Virus record (IMG/VR): IMGVR_UViG_3300032286_001250
Coordinates: 1 to 52,226 of that record
DNA: 52,226 nt
Strand: one strand, 5' to 3'
Source of the DNA: a virus
Taxonomy: Duplodnaviria > Caudoviricetes
The position numbers and the translations under genes were made by a program. Positions 1 to 9,097 of this stretch are shown piece by piece; position 1 is the stretch's first letter; the number at the start of each line of letters is the position of its first letter. The notes below the pieces were generated by a model. It saw only the letters and a program-made list of their open reading frames with translations, searched no databases and was not told the origin of the DNA.

Positions 1-291
1 CCCCCCCCCCCCGCCCCCCCCCCCGCGCGGGGGAGTCCTCCGATGCGGAGAGGTGGGCGAACTGCCACTGGCCGTCACCGATCTGACGCACGGGGATGAC
101 CGGCGGCTCGATGCTGGGGTCGCACTCGCTGAGACTCACAAGAGTCAGGTAGGGAGTGAGGTGGGCCAGGTGTGGCGCAGCCACGACGGCCTCGAACTGG
201 TGGTCCAGATCGGGGTCGTAGAGGGTGAGGACCGCCGGGGCGTCAGGTTGGTTCCCAGGGAACTGCAGTCCTTGGAAACGGAAATAAACAC
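1..291 (-). CDS. partial hypothetical protein running off the window end
   Basis: Not in the ORF track. Open minus frame from GTG at 291 (VFISVSKDCSSLGTNLTTPAVLTLYDPDLDHQFEAVV...) with no stop before base 1; C-ending codons like other minus-strand genes. Confidence 0.4.
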
Positions 292-406
292 AATCTACGG
301 CGAGAGTCTTAGGTGAGTCTCTTATTAAGAGGTTGTTGTGGGACATCAAGCTGCGGCATGAATGAGGCATTACGCCTCACCATTACCGCACAGGATAGGG
401 GGAAAG

Positions 407-1123
407 TCAACCTATTCTGGTGAGAAGCTCGGCTTCAGATGAGCAGCCGCCCAGGGCTGCGGTCATGGCGGTGATGGCAGGGAGCTCCAGCTCGAGTTCG
501 TCTGTAGTCCAGACCGCCGTCGCCCTAATGACTGCAAAGAGTTTGTCGACTCTCTTGTCGTCTCCAGCTGGGTAATGTCTGTGTATGACGCTCTCGAGGT
601 CATCAATGACGTCGATGTTGGCTTCGACCATCAGACGTCGGATGTATCGCGCCCAGGCTTTGCTGAAATGGGTCGCTGAGTCTTCAGTGAAGAAAGTGAC
701 GCGGAGGTCAATGTCTTTAGGGATCCTGTAGCCGCAGAAAACTTCAGTCCACCAGCCGAGCGGTGGAGGCAGGCCGTCCTCGGTGATGGCGTAGGCGTCT
801 TGGTAGAAGTTGCTGCTGGGTGTGTTGGGGATTAGTTGTCTTGTCGTGTTGTAGCGGTGGATGTAGTAATTCAGGCGCTCGATGGCGATGAAGGTGCGGG
901 GGCCTGGGCTTCGGAGCTTGCCGTGACGGAGGCCGCTGATCTGACTGCTGTGGAGCCACGCTGCACCGTTGAGTGAAGCCTTACCAAGAGTCACCATGAC
1001 TGGGTGGGACCATTGATTGGTGTCCATCCAGCGCGTAAAAAGCAGTGAGAAGGTTCTAATGCCACCCTCAAAACGGCTGTTCTCGTCGAGGTTCTCGACG
1101 TTTTGGCGAGTCTCAGTGTCCAT
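407..1123 (-). CDS. hypothetical protein, possible XRE-like HTH regulator (repressor candidate)
   Basis: 238 aa ORF divergent from the replication operon; LHSSQISGLRHGKLRSPGPRTFIAI resembles an XRE recognition helix and its follow-on. Confidence 0.5.
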   Translation of the reverse strand: MDTETRQNVENLDENSRFEGGIRTFSLLFTRWMDTNQWSHPVMVTLGKASLNGAAWLHSSQISGLRHGKLRSPGPRTFIAIERLNYYIHRYNTTRQLIPNTPSSNFYQDAYAITEDGLPPPLGWWTEVFCGYRIPKDIDLRVTFFTEDSATHFSKAWARYIRRLMVEANIDVIDDLESVIHRHYPAGDDKRVDKLFAVIRATAVWTTDELELELPAITAMTAALGGCSSEAELLTRIG

Positions 1124-1417
1124 GGTTCATGTTTGTGTAAGCATTCAGGTAGCGAATGCTGCAGTGTGACGCCCTATTCCATAGTAGAGCGTACGTCAAC
1201 CGTTTTTGATGCAGTCCGCCCAGCGCTGCGCTTTTGCGGCGTACCAACAGCGGATATGCGCAGTATGTGTCCCAAAAAGGACAGCTGCGCTTTGTGACCA
1301 AATCAGGTTGCAGCGTTTACGGTGGCCCATGGATTCGCGTCAGCCGCTCAGGCCTCCAGTGATACCAGGGGCTTTGAGCGGATTATGCGCATTCTGCATA
1401 AACCGGAAAATTACCGC

Positions 1418-4012
1418 ATGACTGAGGTCACAAAGGCGACAAGTGAACGCGACCTGAACGGAAGAGCGATTGAGCTGCTGCAGCGGGGGGTGTTCCCGGA
1501 ATGGTGGGCGTTGATCCCGGTGGCGGGGAAGAAGACGTTCGTCAAGGCGTGGGCGTCGACTCCGTTGAGCCGGAAGGCCTGTGAGGAGATGTACTGCCAG
1601 AGCACGACCTACCACGGCCTCGGGGTGGTGACGGGGGAGTTCTCGGGGGGCCTGATCGCCTTGGACATCGATGGGCCGGACGCTGATGAGCGGCTGCGCC
1701 TCGCCCTCGGAGACGCCTTTGAGGAGCGGGGGAAGGAAACGACGATGTCGTGGACCAGTGGCAAGGCGGGCCGGCGCCAGGTGCTGTATCGGGTGCCGGC
1801 CTCGGTGGTGCCCGAGTTGCGGCACGTCACCACGGTGATCCTGCGGGAGGACGGCGAGTGGCACCTCGGCAAAGGCGACGAAGACCGCATAGGCGCCAGA
1901 GGCGCCAAGGCCGGCCCGGAGGGGCAGGAGGCACAGGCCGAGGTTCCCCCGAAGGGGGAATATCAGGAGGTGGTGTTGAGGTTCAACCAGTGCCAGAGCG
2001 TGCTGCCGGGCAGTCCGCACCCGGAGAAGGGGCGGTTCTACGAGTTCCTGAACTACAACGGCGGCGAGGTCGCCATGGCGCCGGATTGGGTGATGGAGGT
2101 GCTGCGCACCGTGCGCAAGCCGGTGCAGTGGCTCAGCGACGCGGATCAGAAGGCGCTGGATGAGGCCCTCGGGGAGACGGCGATTCCCAGTCGCCAGATC
2201 CGGGGCTGGTTCTTCAAGGAAGAGGTGCAGGACAAGCTGCGACCGCGCTTCCGGGAGCTGATTTTCAACCACCCGAAATTCGGTGATTACGACTGGTTCG
2301 AGCGCGATGGGGCGAAGCCCCAGTCGGTCTGTGGGTGCCCTTGGCATGGGGGGACCAGCGGGACCAGCTTCCAGTATTCGGTCGAGAGCGGCTGCTGGGA
2401 CTGCAAGGCGTGCGGGATTGGCGGGGACGTCCTGGACTTCGTCCACAAGACCCGGACCAACAACATGCACGCCACCAGGCCCCAGGGGCCGGACCTCGAG
2501 GTCTATGTGGCGGAGATCGCGACCGCCCTCGGGTACAACTACCCGGACTGCGCCAAGGGGACGGAGCAGGTCGTGCGCGAGGCGCCCTACGTGACGATGG
2601 GGTCCGACGACTTCTTCAAGGCGCTCGGCGAGATCTACGACAAGGTGTCGAACCCGGCGACCCGATTTGACCGGATGGCGCTGCTTGCTTCTCAGACCGG
2701 CCGGCGGATGACCGGGAAGGACTGCGAAGCCGCCCTGATGGAGCACCGGTACTACGAGGAGGCGAGGAAACAGTCGACCTCGGGGGACTGGATCCGCAAG
2801 GTGGAGCCGCTGAAGAACACGGTGGCGAACCTACTGAAGCGGCCGTCACAGGTGATCCTGCATGCGGCCGGGGGCGTAGGGAAGACCAGTGCGTGTCTGG
2901 GCCTGGCCAAGATCGTCGGGACCGGCGGGACGATGCGGATCCGCGGGGTCGACGTGCCGGTGGACCAGGGGCCTGTCCTCTGGATCCAAAGCGACCAAAG
3001 CGTGGCGAAGCTGAAGGCCGACCTCGAGGACAACGGGATCGATCCCAGCGAGAAGGACTCCTGGTTCCACCTGAGGACGGGCTTCCAGCTGAACCACACC
3101 CGAGAGATGACCGAGTGGGTGCGGGAGATCAAGCCGGCGTTGGTGGTGGTCGATTCGATCGGAAGCTGCAGCAGCCGCATGCAGGTCTCGGAGATCGAGA
3201 AGGCGTTTGCCATGCCGCTGTACCTGTACAGCGAGCTCAATGGGGGCCTGACGAAGGACTCGTTCCCGGCGACCACGATCATCTGGATCCACCACGACAA
3301 CGCCAACGGCGAGGTCCGGGGCAGCCGGTATCTGATCAATGCGGTGGACGAGCAGTGGCACCTCAGGAAGCTCTCCGACGAGGAGCGGGGCGAGTTCCGC
3401 ACTCGGGGGGAGGACGTCGACTCGCTGCGGCTGATCCAGATCAAGAAGAGCCGGGCCGGCCGGGAGGGGGATCTGTTGCTGGTGAGGCGGGACGAGAACT
3501 TCGCGTTCTCGGTGGCGGACTACACCCCGACGGTGCGGCGCACGGATGGAGGGACTGGGGATGAGGATCCCTTCACCCTGGTCCTGGGCCTGTTGAAGGA
3601 GGCCGATGGGCCGTTGACGGCGGAGGAAGTGTGGACCGCCCTCGGGGAGCGGATGTTTGGGCAGAACAGGAAGTCTCCGTCGAGGCGGACGGTCGATCGG
3701 TGGCTGATTCGCTGGAAGAACGAGGGGATGCTGGAAGCTCGGAGGCGACCCTCCCAGGGTGTAAAAGGTGGTCGACCTGACGTCGTCTACACCCTGTCGA
3801 GCGCTGGGGAAGGGGTAGCTGCGGCAGAAACGTCCTCGGGGGAGCCTGGGGGGCTTCCGGCGGTGCCGGTGGCCGCTGATGTCGCCAGGGCCGTCCTGGA
3901 GGATCTGGGGGCGCCGCCGGCTCCGCAGGAGGTGGCTCCGTCCTCGGGGGATGAGTTCGTGCCTCGGGCGGTGTCCTACTCCGACGACGACATCCCGGAG
4001 GAGTGCCGCTGA
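1418..4012 (+). CDS. Prim-Pol primase / CHC2-type Zn finger / RecA-like (AAA_25/RepA) helicase fusion with C-terminal wHTH-like region
   Basis: GLGVVTG..ALDID and SPHP Prim-Pol motifs; CPWH...CKAC Zn finger; Walker A AAGGVGKT, Walker B VVVDS, IHH, KSR. ATG at 1418 chosen over GTG at 1322. Confidence 0.85.
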   Translation: MTEVTKATSERDLNGRAIELLQRGVFPEWWALIPVAGKKTFVKAWASTPLSRKACEEMYCQSTTYHGLGVVTGEFSGGLIALDIDGPDADERLRLALGDAFEERGKETTMSWTSGKAGRRQVLYRVPASVVPELRHVTTVILREDGEWHLGKGDEDRIGARGAKAGPEGQEAQAEVPPKGEYQEVVLRFNQCQSVLPGSPHPEKGRFYEFLNYNGGEVAMAPDWVMEVLRTVRKPVQWLSDADQKALDEALGETAIPSRQIRGWFFKEEVQDKLRPRFRELIFNHPKFGDYDWFERDGAKPQSVCGCPWHGGTSGTSFQYSVESGCWDCKACGIGGDVLDFVHKTRTNNMHATRPQGPDLEVYVAEIATALGYNYPDCAKGTEQVVREAPYVTMGSDDFFKALGEIYDKVSNPATRFDRMALLASQTGRRMTGKDCEAALMEHRYYEEARKQSTSGDWIRKVEPLKNTVANLLKRPSQVILHAAGGVGKTSACLGLAKIVGTGGTMRIRGVDVPVDQGPVLWIQSDQSVAKLKADLEDNGIDPSEKDSWFHLRTGFQLNHTREMTEWVREIKPALVVVDSIGSCSSRMQVSEIEKAFAMPLYLYSELNGGLTKDSFPATTIIWIHHDNANGEVRGSRYLINAVDEQWHLRKLSDEERGEFRTRGEDVDSLRLIQIKKSRAGREGDLLLVRRDENFAFSVADYTPTVRRTDGGTGDEDPFTLVLGLLKEADGPLTAEEVWTALGERMFGQNRKSPSRRTVDRWLIRWKNEGMLEARRRPSQGVKGGRPDVVYTLSSAGEGVAAAETSSGEPGGLPAVPVAADVARAVLEDLGAPPAPQEVAPSSGDEFVPRAVSYSDDDIPEECR

Positions 4013-4086
4013 CCGGTTCAGGAGGGGGTTACTCCCCTCCCCCCTTTGGAAGGGGTGGGTATGTGTACGCGTGCGTTGCGTCTGAT

Positions 4087-4282
4087 TTTTGGCCAGTTGA
4101 CCAAAACCCCCCGAGATCGCCCTGATACCAAGGGATGAGGTTTTGGTCAAACGCGAGAATTTAGCGGTTTGACCAAAACCTCCCAACACCCGCGGAGGTT
4201 TTGGTCAAACCGGGAATCTCAGCGAGATGACCAAAACCCAAAAGCCAGTCCCCGAGGGCGATGTCGGGGGGTTTTGGTCAAA
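4087..4282. repeat. array of alternating inverted repeats (GGTTTTGGTCAAA / TTTGACCAAAACC), putative replication-origin iterons
   Basis: Copies at about 4097, 4137, 4166, 4194, 4228 and 4270 in alternating orientation; 4166-4183 and 4194-4211 are perfect 18-bp reverse complements; intergenic between primase-helicase and helicase. Confidence 0.75.
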
Positions 4283-4445
4283 TTCCCCCCAAGCGGGCAC
4301 ATCACGCGCACGCGTGCGCGACCCCCCCCCCCGAGGGCGGCTGACTGCATTTGGTCGGGCTGTGTAGTTGACCTGACCTGTTTTGGTTGATAGGATCAAG
4401 GGGCAGCTATCGGGCCATGTGCGAGCTGCCCCCTCCTTTACAGGT

Positions 4446-5915
4446 ATGACCGTGACAATCGCTCCATCGCGTCTCGATGTCGGCAGTGCTCTTGAGGCTG
4501 TCGAAAAAATTGGTGCTGACCTAGGTCAGCCGAAGTTGACAGCTCCTCAACGGGAGTTCGTTGTAAACACGCTGACCCCGCTAATCCGCAACGAGCTAAA
4601 GGGGTTTATGACTTTGGAAGGAGCTGCAGGGTGCGGTAAGACCGTCACACTGGTGTCTCTGATTTTGGCGGCGTGCGAACTCGATCTGTCAGTCGCCATC
4701 GTCGCACCCACGCATAAAGCTTCTAGTGTTCTGCGCAAGAAACTTGATAAGTTCAGGGGACGTTACGATAATCTCCCTCAACCTGGGACGATTCATAGTT
4801 TGTTAAAACTCAAGCCGGCAAAAGTCCTACCCGGTAAACCTGAGACGTTTAGACAAGTAGGTACGCCGCGGCTCGGGCATTACGACTTGATTCTTATAGA
4901 TGAGTGTTCTATGGTCGGTAGTGAACTGTTAAAATTCATTATCGGTGCCTCTAAAACCTTTTCTATACCTGTGGTTTTTTGCGGTGACCCGCATCAGCTG
5001 GCACCCGTTAATGAACGGGGTAAGTCTCAGACTTTTGATGCTCCGGTCAAATACCAGTTGACCGAAGTGTTGCGCCACGACGGGGCGGTGCTTAATCTTG
5101 CTACACGAATTCGGACCTTGCAGTTTGTACCGCAGATCGGTCCAGACGAAGGTGGCGGTTCACGAATCTGTACTTACACAGACTCAACACAGCTTGAAGA
5201 ACAGTGGTTAAACAAGCTGGCGAGTATTGATTCTATGGAGAATCCGAATGAAGTCATAATGCTGAGTTGGAAAAACGTTAATAGGCGAGCTTTCAATGAT
5301 CGAGCCCGTAAACGGCTATTCGGCCCCGACGTACCCCGATTTATGAGCGGCGATGTAGTCGTGACGATGTCTGCATTTGAGCGTGATGGTGAATGCTTGT
5401 ACAACAACAACCAGGATCTCACGATTGAAAAAGCCGAGTTTATAGAAGCGTTAAAACCTATAGACTCTCTTGATCTTACGTTTGCGAGTTGGTTGCTGAC
5501 CATCACAGACAGTAATGTGATACCTGTCCTTGATGATGCAGAGATTGGGCGGTTTAAGTCCTCTGTACGATTATTGGGAAGTTCCATAAAGGCCGAGCAT
5601 GACGCTCTTATGCAGCGTGTTAAAGAGCTTAAGTACGATCGACCTGATGATCGTATGGCAATTGGTTCGGCCCGTCATGCTGCTGAAACTGCTCACTCTA
5701 AGTGGTCTACTCAGTATTACGCGCTAAAAAGTTTCTTTGCTGACGTCGACTTCCGTTACGCCTTGACTGTGCATAAAAGTCAAGGCAGTGAGTACGGCGA
5801 TGTATTCATTCACGACGACTACCTTGAGAACTCAAGGGAGTGTGTGCAGCTGCTTTACGTTGCCGCAACTAGGGCAGAAAAAGCAGTCCATCACTTGCAC
5901 ACCAGGCGGGAGTAG
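4446..5915 (+). CDS. Dda/RecD-like superfamily 1B DNA helicase
   Basis: GAAGCGKT, APTHKA, TIHS, IDECSM, GDPHQLAPV, LTEVLRH, YALTVHKSQGSEY and LYVAATRA motifs. ATG at 4446 preferred to 4383. Confidence 0.9.
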   Translation: MTVTIAPSRLDVGSALEAVEKIGADLGQPKLTAPQREFVVNTLTPLIRNELKGFMTLEGAAGCGKTVTLVSLILAACELDLSVAIVAPTHKASSVLRKKLDKFRGRYDNLPQPGTIHSLLKLKPAKVLPGKPETFRQVGTPRLGHYDLILIDECSMVGSELLKFIIGASKTFSIPVVFCGDPHQLAPVNERGKSQTFDAPVKYQLTEVLRHDGAVLNLATRIRTLQFVPQIGPDEGGGSRICTYTDSTQLEEQWLNKLASIDSMENPNEVIMLSWKNVNRRAFNDRARKRLFGPDVPRFMSGDVVVTMSAFERDGECLYNNNQDLTIEKAEFIEALKPIDSLDLTFASWLLTITDSNVIPVLDDAEIGRFKSSVRLLGSSIKAEHDALMQRVKELKYDRPDDRMAIGSARHAAETAHSKWSTQYYALKSFFADVDFRYALTVHKSQGSEYGDVFIHDDYLENSRECVQLLYVAATRAEKAVHHLHTRRE

Positions 5916-6117
5916 TTCCCCCCGAGGACGGCTTGCCCTTGGGTAGCTGCTCCTTCATCAAATCTGCAATAAACTGCTGGTTCATGTAAAAGCTCTGGGC
6001 CAGCATTTTTGTGAGCTGTTTTAGCTCTTCGACGTTTGTGCAGTCGTGTATCCCCCTCACCATCCTTTCTTGAGCAAACTTCAATGACAGAGGTTCCATC
6101 AGATCCGAGTGGCTCAA
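5869..6117 (-). CDS. small helical protein, possibly NblA-like
   Basis: 82 aa; PLSLKFAQERMVRGI..C...EELKQLTKMLAQSFYMNQQFIADLMK gives a two-helix pattern reminiscent of NblA; fills the gap between helicase and polymerase on the opposite strand. Confidence 0.4.
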   Translation of the reverse strand: MSHSDLMEPLSLKFAQERMVRGIHDCTNVEELKQLTKMLAQSFYMNQQFIADLMKEQLPKGKPSSGGTTPAWCASDGLLFLP

Positions 6118-6122
6118 CCACT

Positions 6123-8075
6123 ATGACGCCGATTGATCAGAAGGCGGTGGCCCGTATTCTTGATCGGATCGATTACGACTTCATCGAAGGGCCGGCGCAG
6201 GCGAAAGCACTGGCCCGACGGGTGGAGGAGTTGGTCGCCCTCGGGGGGTTCCTAGGGGTCGACACGGAGACCACGGGCTTGGACCCGCGCAAGCATCAGG
6301 TGCGCCTGATCCAGATCGGCTCCACGGACTTCGCCTTGGTGGTGGATCTGAACGGGTGGCGCACCGATGGGAAGCGCCAGGTCGACTGGTCCAGTCCTGG
6401 GCTGCGGGAACTGAAAGCCCTGCTGGAGTCCAATCAGCCAAAGGTGCTGCAAAATGCCGCGTTTGACCTGAACTTTTTGATTGGGGAGCAGGTCAACCTC
6501 GGGGGCTACATCTTCGACACCATGATCGCCGCCAAGATCATCAACAACGGTATGGGGGCCAAGAATGACCTCGGGTCGATCGCCCACCGGGAGCTGGGGT
6601 TGCCGTTGGAGAAGCAGCTGCAGAAGTCCGACTGGTCCGGTGAGCTGACACCCGAGCAGGTCAAATACGCGGCGCGAGATGTGGTGTGCTTGCCCTGGAT
6701 CCAGATCAGCCTGCTGGCGAAGCTGAAAGCTGCTCGGTTCGTGCCGACCGTCTCGCTGAACGATGTGTTTCAGTTGGAGATGAAGGCGCTGCGGCCCATC
6801 ACCATGATGCAGTGGCATGGGTTTGGCTTCGATGTGGTGAAGGCCCATGCCTTGAAGCTCGCTTTGCAGGAGCGGGCGGGGGAGCTCAAGCTCGCGTTCC
6901 TCGAGGCCCTGGACGAGGCGATCAAAACACGGTTCCCCACCGAGCCCGATGTGTGGCTGCCTCGGAACGCGGATGGCTCCTACAACACCAACGAGAAGGA
7001 GGTCGGCAGCATCCGGCTGGGCACCAAGGTCTATGCCGGGTTCAATCCCCGCAGCGTGCAGCAGATGGCCACGCGCTTCGAGCAGGCCGGGATCATCCTC
7101 CCGAAAGACAAGGCTGGCAAGCCGGTCATGGATCAGAACCTGCTGGCGTTCCTGCGGGCCGACTTCAAGCTGATCCGGGAGTACCTCGACTGGAAGGAGG
7201 TTGCGACTCGTGGGTCGGCGGTCGAGACGCTGATCAAGTCCGTCGGTGGTGACGGGCGGATCCACGCCTCGTACCGGCAGCTTGGGGCGGAGACGGGCCG
7301 GCTCAGCTGCGTCGGGCCGAACCTCCAGCAAGTCCCCCGAGAGCGGGAGTTCCGTGAACTGTTCGTCGCGGGTGAGGGCAACGTCCTCGTGGTGGCCGAC
7401 TTTAGTCAGGTCGAGCTGCGGGTGGCGGCTGAACTATCTGGCGAGCCCAGGATGTTGGAGGCGTACCTGGCCGGCCGTGACCTCCACACCGAGACCGCGG
7501 CGCTGATGCGTGGGGTGCCCCTGGATCAGGTGACCAAGGCCGACAGAACCTCCGCGAAGGTGGCAAACTTCGGATTGCTCTATGGCGCGGGGCCGGCAAC
7601 CCTCCGCAAACAGGCCGTGTCCCAGTACGGGATCGACATGACCATCGGCGAGGCTCGCGAGATCGTCGAAAACTTCAGGAGGGCTTATCCCCGTCTATAC
7701 GACTACCAGCGTGGGGTTGGTGAAGCTGTTACTAACTGCATTTATACCAAGTATGGGCGGCGTCGTATTGTTGTTGGTACTTTCAACGATAAGTTCACAG
7801 TAAGGAACAACACGCCTGTGCAAGGCACCGCTGGAGATATTGCCAAGATCGCGATGGCTAAACTGTGGGAGTATCTGGTGCAGGCGCAGCCTGGTGAAGC
7901 GCGTTTGATCGCGATGGTTCACGATGAGATCGTGCTCGAAGTGCGTGCTGATGTGAAGGATCGGTGGTCGGAAACAGTTGTTTCGTGCATGGAGAGCGCT
8001 GGTGCGTTGGTGTGCCAGCGTGTTCCAATCGTCGCGGAAGTCTCGAGTGGTACGACGTGGGCCGACGCAAAATGA
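6123..8075 (+). CDS. polA: family A DNA polymerase (3'-5' exonuclease + polymerase)
   Basis: ExoI DTETTGLD, ExoII NAAFD, ExoIII YAARD; TGRLS, motif A DFSQVELR, motif B RTSAKVANFGLLYG (Phe at the E. coli 762-equivalent site), motif C VHDE. Start uncertain (6036-6123). Confidence 0.95.
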   Translation: MTPIDQKAVARILDRIDYDFIEGPAQAKALARRVEELVALGGFLGVDTETTGLDPRKHQVRLIQIGSTDFALVVDLNGWRTDGKRQVDWSSPGLRELKALLESNQPKVLQNAAFDLNFLIGEQVNLGGYIFDTMIAAKIINNGMGAKNDLGSIAHRELGLPLEKQLQKSDWSGELTPEQVKYAARDVVCLPWIQISLLAKLKAARFVPTVSLNDVFQLEMKALRPITMMQWHGFGFDVVKAHALKLALQERAGELKLAFLEALDEAIKTRFPTEPDVWLPRNADGSYNTNEKEVGSIRLGTKVYAGFNPRSVQQMATRFEQAGIILPKDKAGKPVMDQNLLAFLRADFKLIREYLDWKEVATRGSAVETLIKSVGGDGRIHASYRQLGAETGRLSCVGPNLQQVPREREFRELFVAGEGNVLVVADFSQVELRVAAELSGEPRMLEAYLAGRDLHTETAALMRGVPLDQVTKADRTSAKVANFGLLYGAGPATLRKQAVSQYGIDMTIGEAREIVENFRRAYPRLYDYQRGVGEAVTNCIYTKYGRRRIVVGTFNDKFTVRNNTPVQGTAGDIAKIAMAKLWEYLVQAQPGEARLIAMVHDEIVLEVRADVKDRWSETVVSCMESAGALVCQRVPIVAEVSSGTTWADAK

Positions 8076-8149
8076 GCGCTACCTGACCCGTACGGGTTAC
8101 ACCTTCGGGGAACCTGCTTAGGATATTTGGGTAGTCGCAATCACTCATC

Positions 8150-8542
8150 GTGCTCCAAGGCAAGGAACTCATCTCGTTTGTCAACGAGAACGAAGACACC
8201 ATGAACCAGACCGAGCTTGCGCGTGGCGCGGGTTACACCCGTGTCAAAGAAGACGGCAAGACCCTGACTCTGGTCAAGAAGTTCAACGACGCTCTGCTTC
8301 GGGCGATGGGGGTCAACATTTTGACCAGCCGCTCGCCCGGTAAAACGGCGCAGTTCGAGACCACTGTGCATCGTTCCGGCATCGTCCTCGTGGGTAAGAC
8401 CTACGTCGAGAAGTTCGGTCTGAAGGCCGGCGACAGCCTGGACATTGTCCTCGATGACGAGTTCATCAAGCTGGTGCCCAAGGCTGCCGACCAGGCCGCT
8501 GCCGCTGTTGAAACGGCTCAGAAGGTTGCCGTTGCTGCCTGA
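8150..8542 (+). CDS. cyanobacterial AbrB-like (cyAbrB) transcriptional regulator
   Basis: L.GKEL...ELARGAGY...F..ALL.A.G...TTVH.SGIVLVGKTYVEKFGLK.GD...I...IKLVP matches the cyAbrB family pattern. Confidence 0.85.
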   Translation: MLQGKELISFVNENEDTMNQTELARGAGYTRVKEDGKTLTLVKKFNDALLRAMGVNILTSRSPGKTAQFETTVHRSGIVLVGKTYVEKFGLKAGDSLDIVLDDEFIKLVPKAADQAAAAVETAQKVAVAA

Positions 8543-8783
8543 CGGGCTGACGCCGGTTGAGCAGCGCTCGCGTTATCTGGCTCAGCTCGAACGCATCGCT
8601 GCTCGACTCCCTAATGGGCTCCTCCACCGTCTTGTGGAGGATGCCCAATTTTTTGATGACTGGAATATCGGAAAGAAGACTGCAAGGCGGAACTCGCGCC
8701 TGGCGCAGACGAAACGGCACGTTGCAGCGCTCGAAGATCGCCAGTGGAATCGGGCGATGAAAGAGAAAGGCCTCAGCGCGTAG
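8445..8783 (+). CDS. hypothetical basic protein (true start probably near 8540-8560)
   Basis: Open frame filling the gap after cyAbrB; helical, basic C-terminal part. Confidence 0.5.
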   Translation: MSSMTSSSSWCPRLPTRPLPLLKRLRRLPLLPDGLTPVEQRSRYLAQLERIAARLPNGLLHRLVEDAQFFDDWNIGKKTARRNSRLAQTKRHVAALEDRQWNRAMKEKGLSA

Positions 8784-9051
8784 CTGACCTGTTCAGGAAC
8801 TGGTCAACAGCCTGGCGGCGGTGGAAGCGGTAGCGGGGCCGGGCTGCGGTGCCGATGTTGCGCACCGCTTTCCCCTTGAGGACGCCCTGGGACATCAGGT
8901 AGGAGAGGGACTTGCGATCGGCCAGGCCCACCAGGCGGCAAAACTCGGTGCTGTCCACCCAATCACCCTGTGGGGCTGTGGTGTCGACGGCGGCCAAGAT
9001 GCGGTCGAGCTTGCGCTCCAGGGTTTCGATGCGGTTCAGAAGCTCATCCAT
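8773..9051 (-). CDS. excisionase-like (MerR-type HTH) protein
   Basis: WVDSTEFCRLVGL..RKSLSYLMSQG...YRFH is an Xis-like winged HTH; directly downstream of the integrase. Confidence 0.6.
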   Translation of the reverse strand: MDELLNRIETLERKLDRILAAVDTTAPQGDWVDSTEFCRLVGLADRKSLSYLMSQGVLKGKAVRNIGTAARPRYRFHRRQAVDQFLNRSATR

Positions 9052-9097
9052 CTGGGCCTAACTGGATCTGGTTAGAGCCTAGCGTGTCCTAGGCGGG

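Noticed and set aside
1-34. Poly-C/G run at the window start as a terminal structure or G-quadruplex
   Set aside because: Low-complexity contig edge; cannot be told apart from an assembly artefact.
1340-4189. Long antisense ORFs (also 6252..7331, 20808..22091, 25143..26726, 36313..37482 and others)
   Set aside because: Shadow frames of GC-rich genes, with no recognisable motifs.
4087-4282. CRISPR array or transposon ends
   Set aside because: Units alternate in orientation and are short; no cas or transposase gene.
6123-8075. Intein or intron in polA (also checked terL and the helicases)
   Set aside because: Motifs are contiguous at normal spacing; no splice or homing endonuclease motifs noticed.
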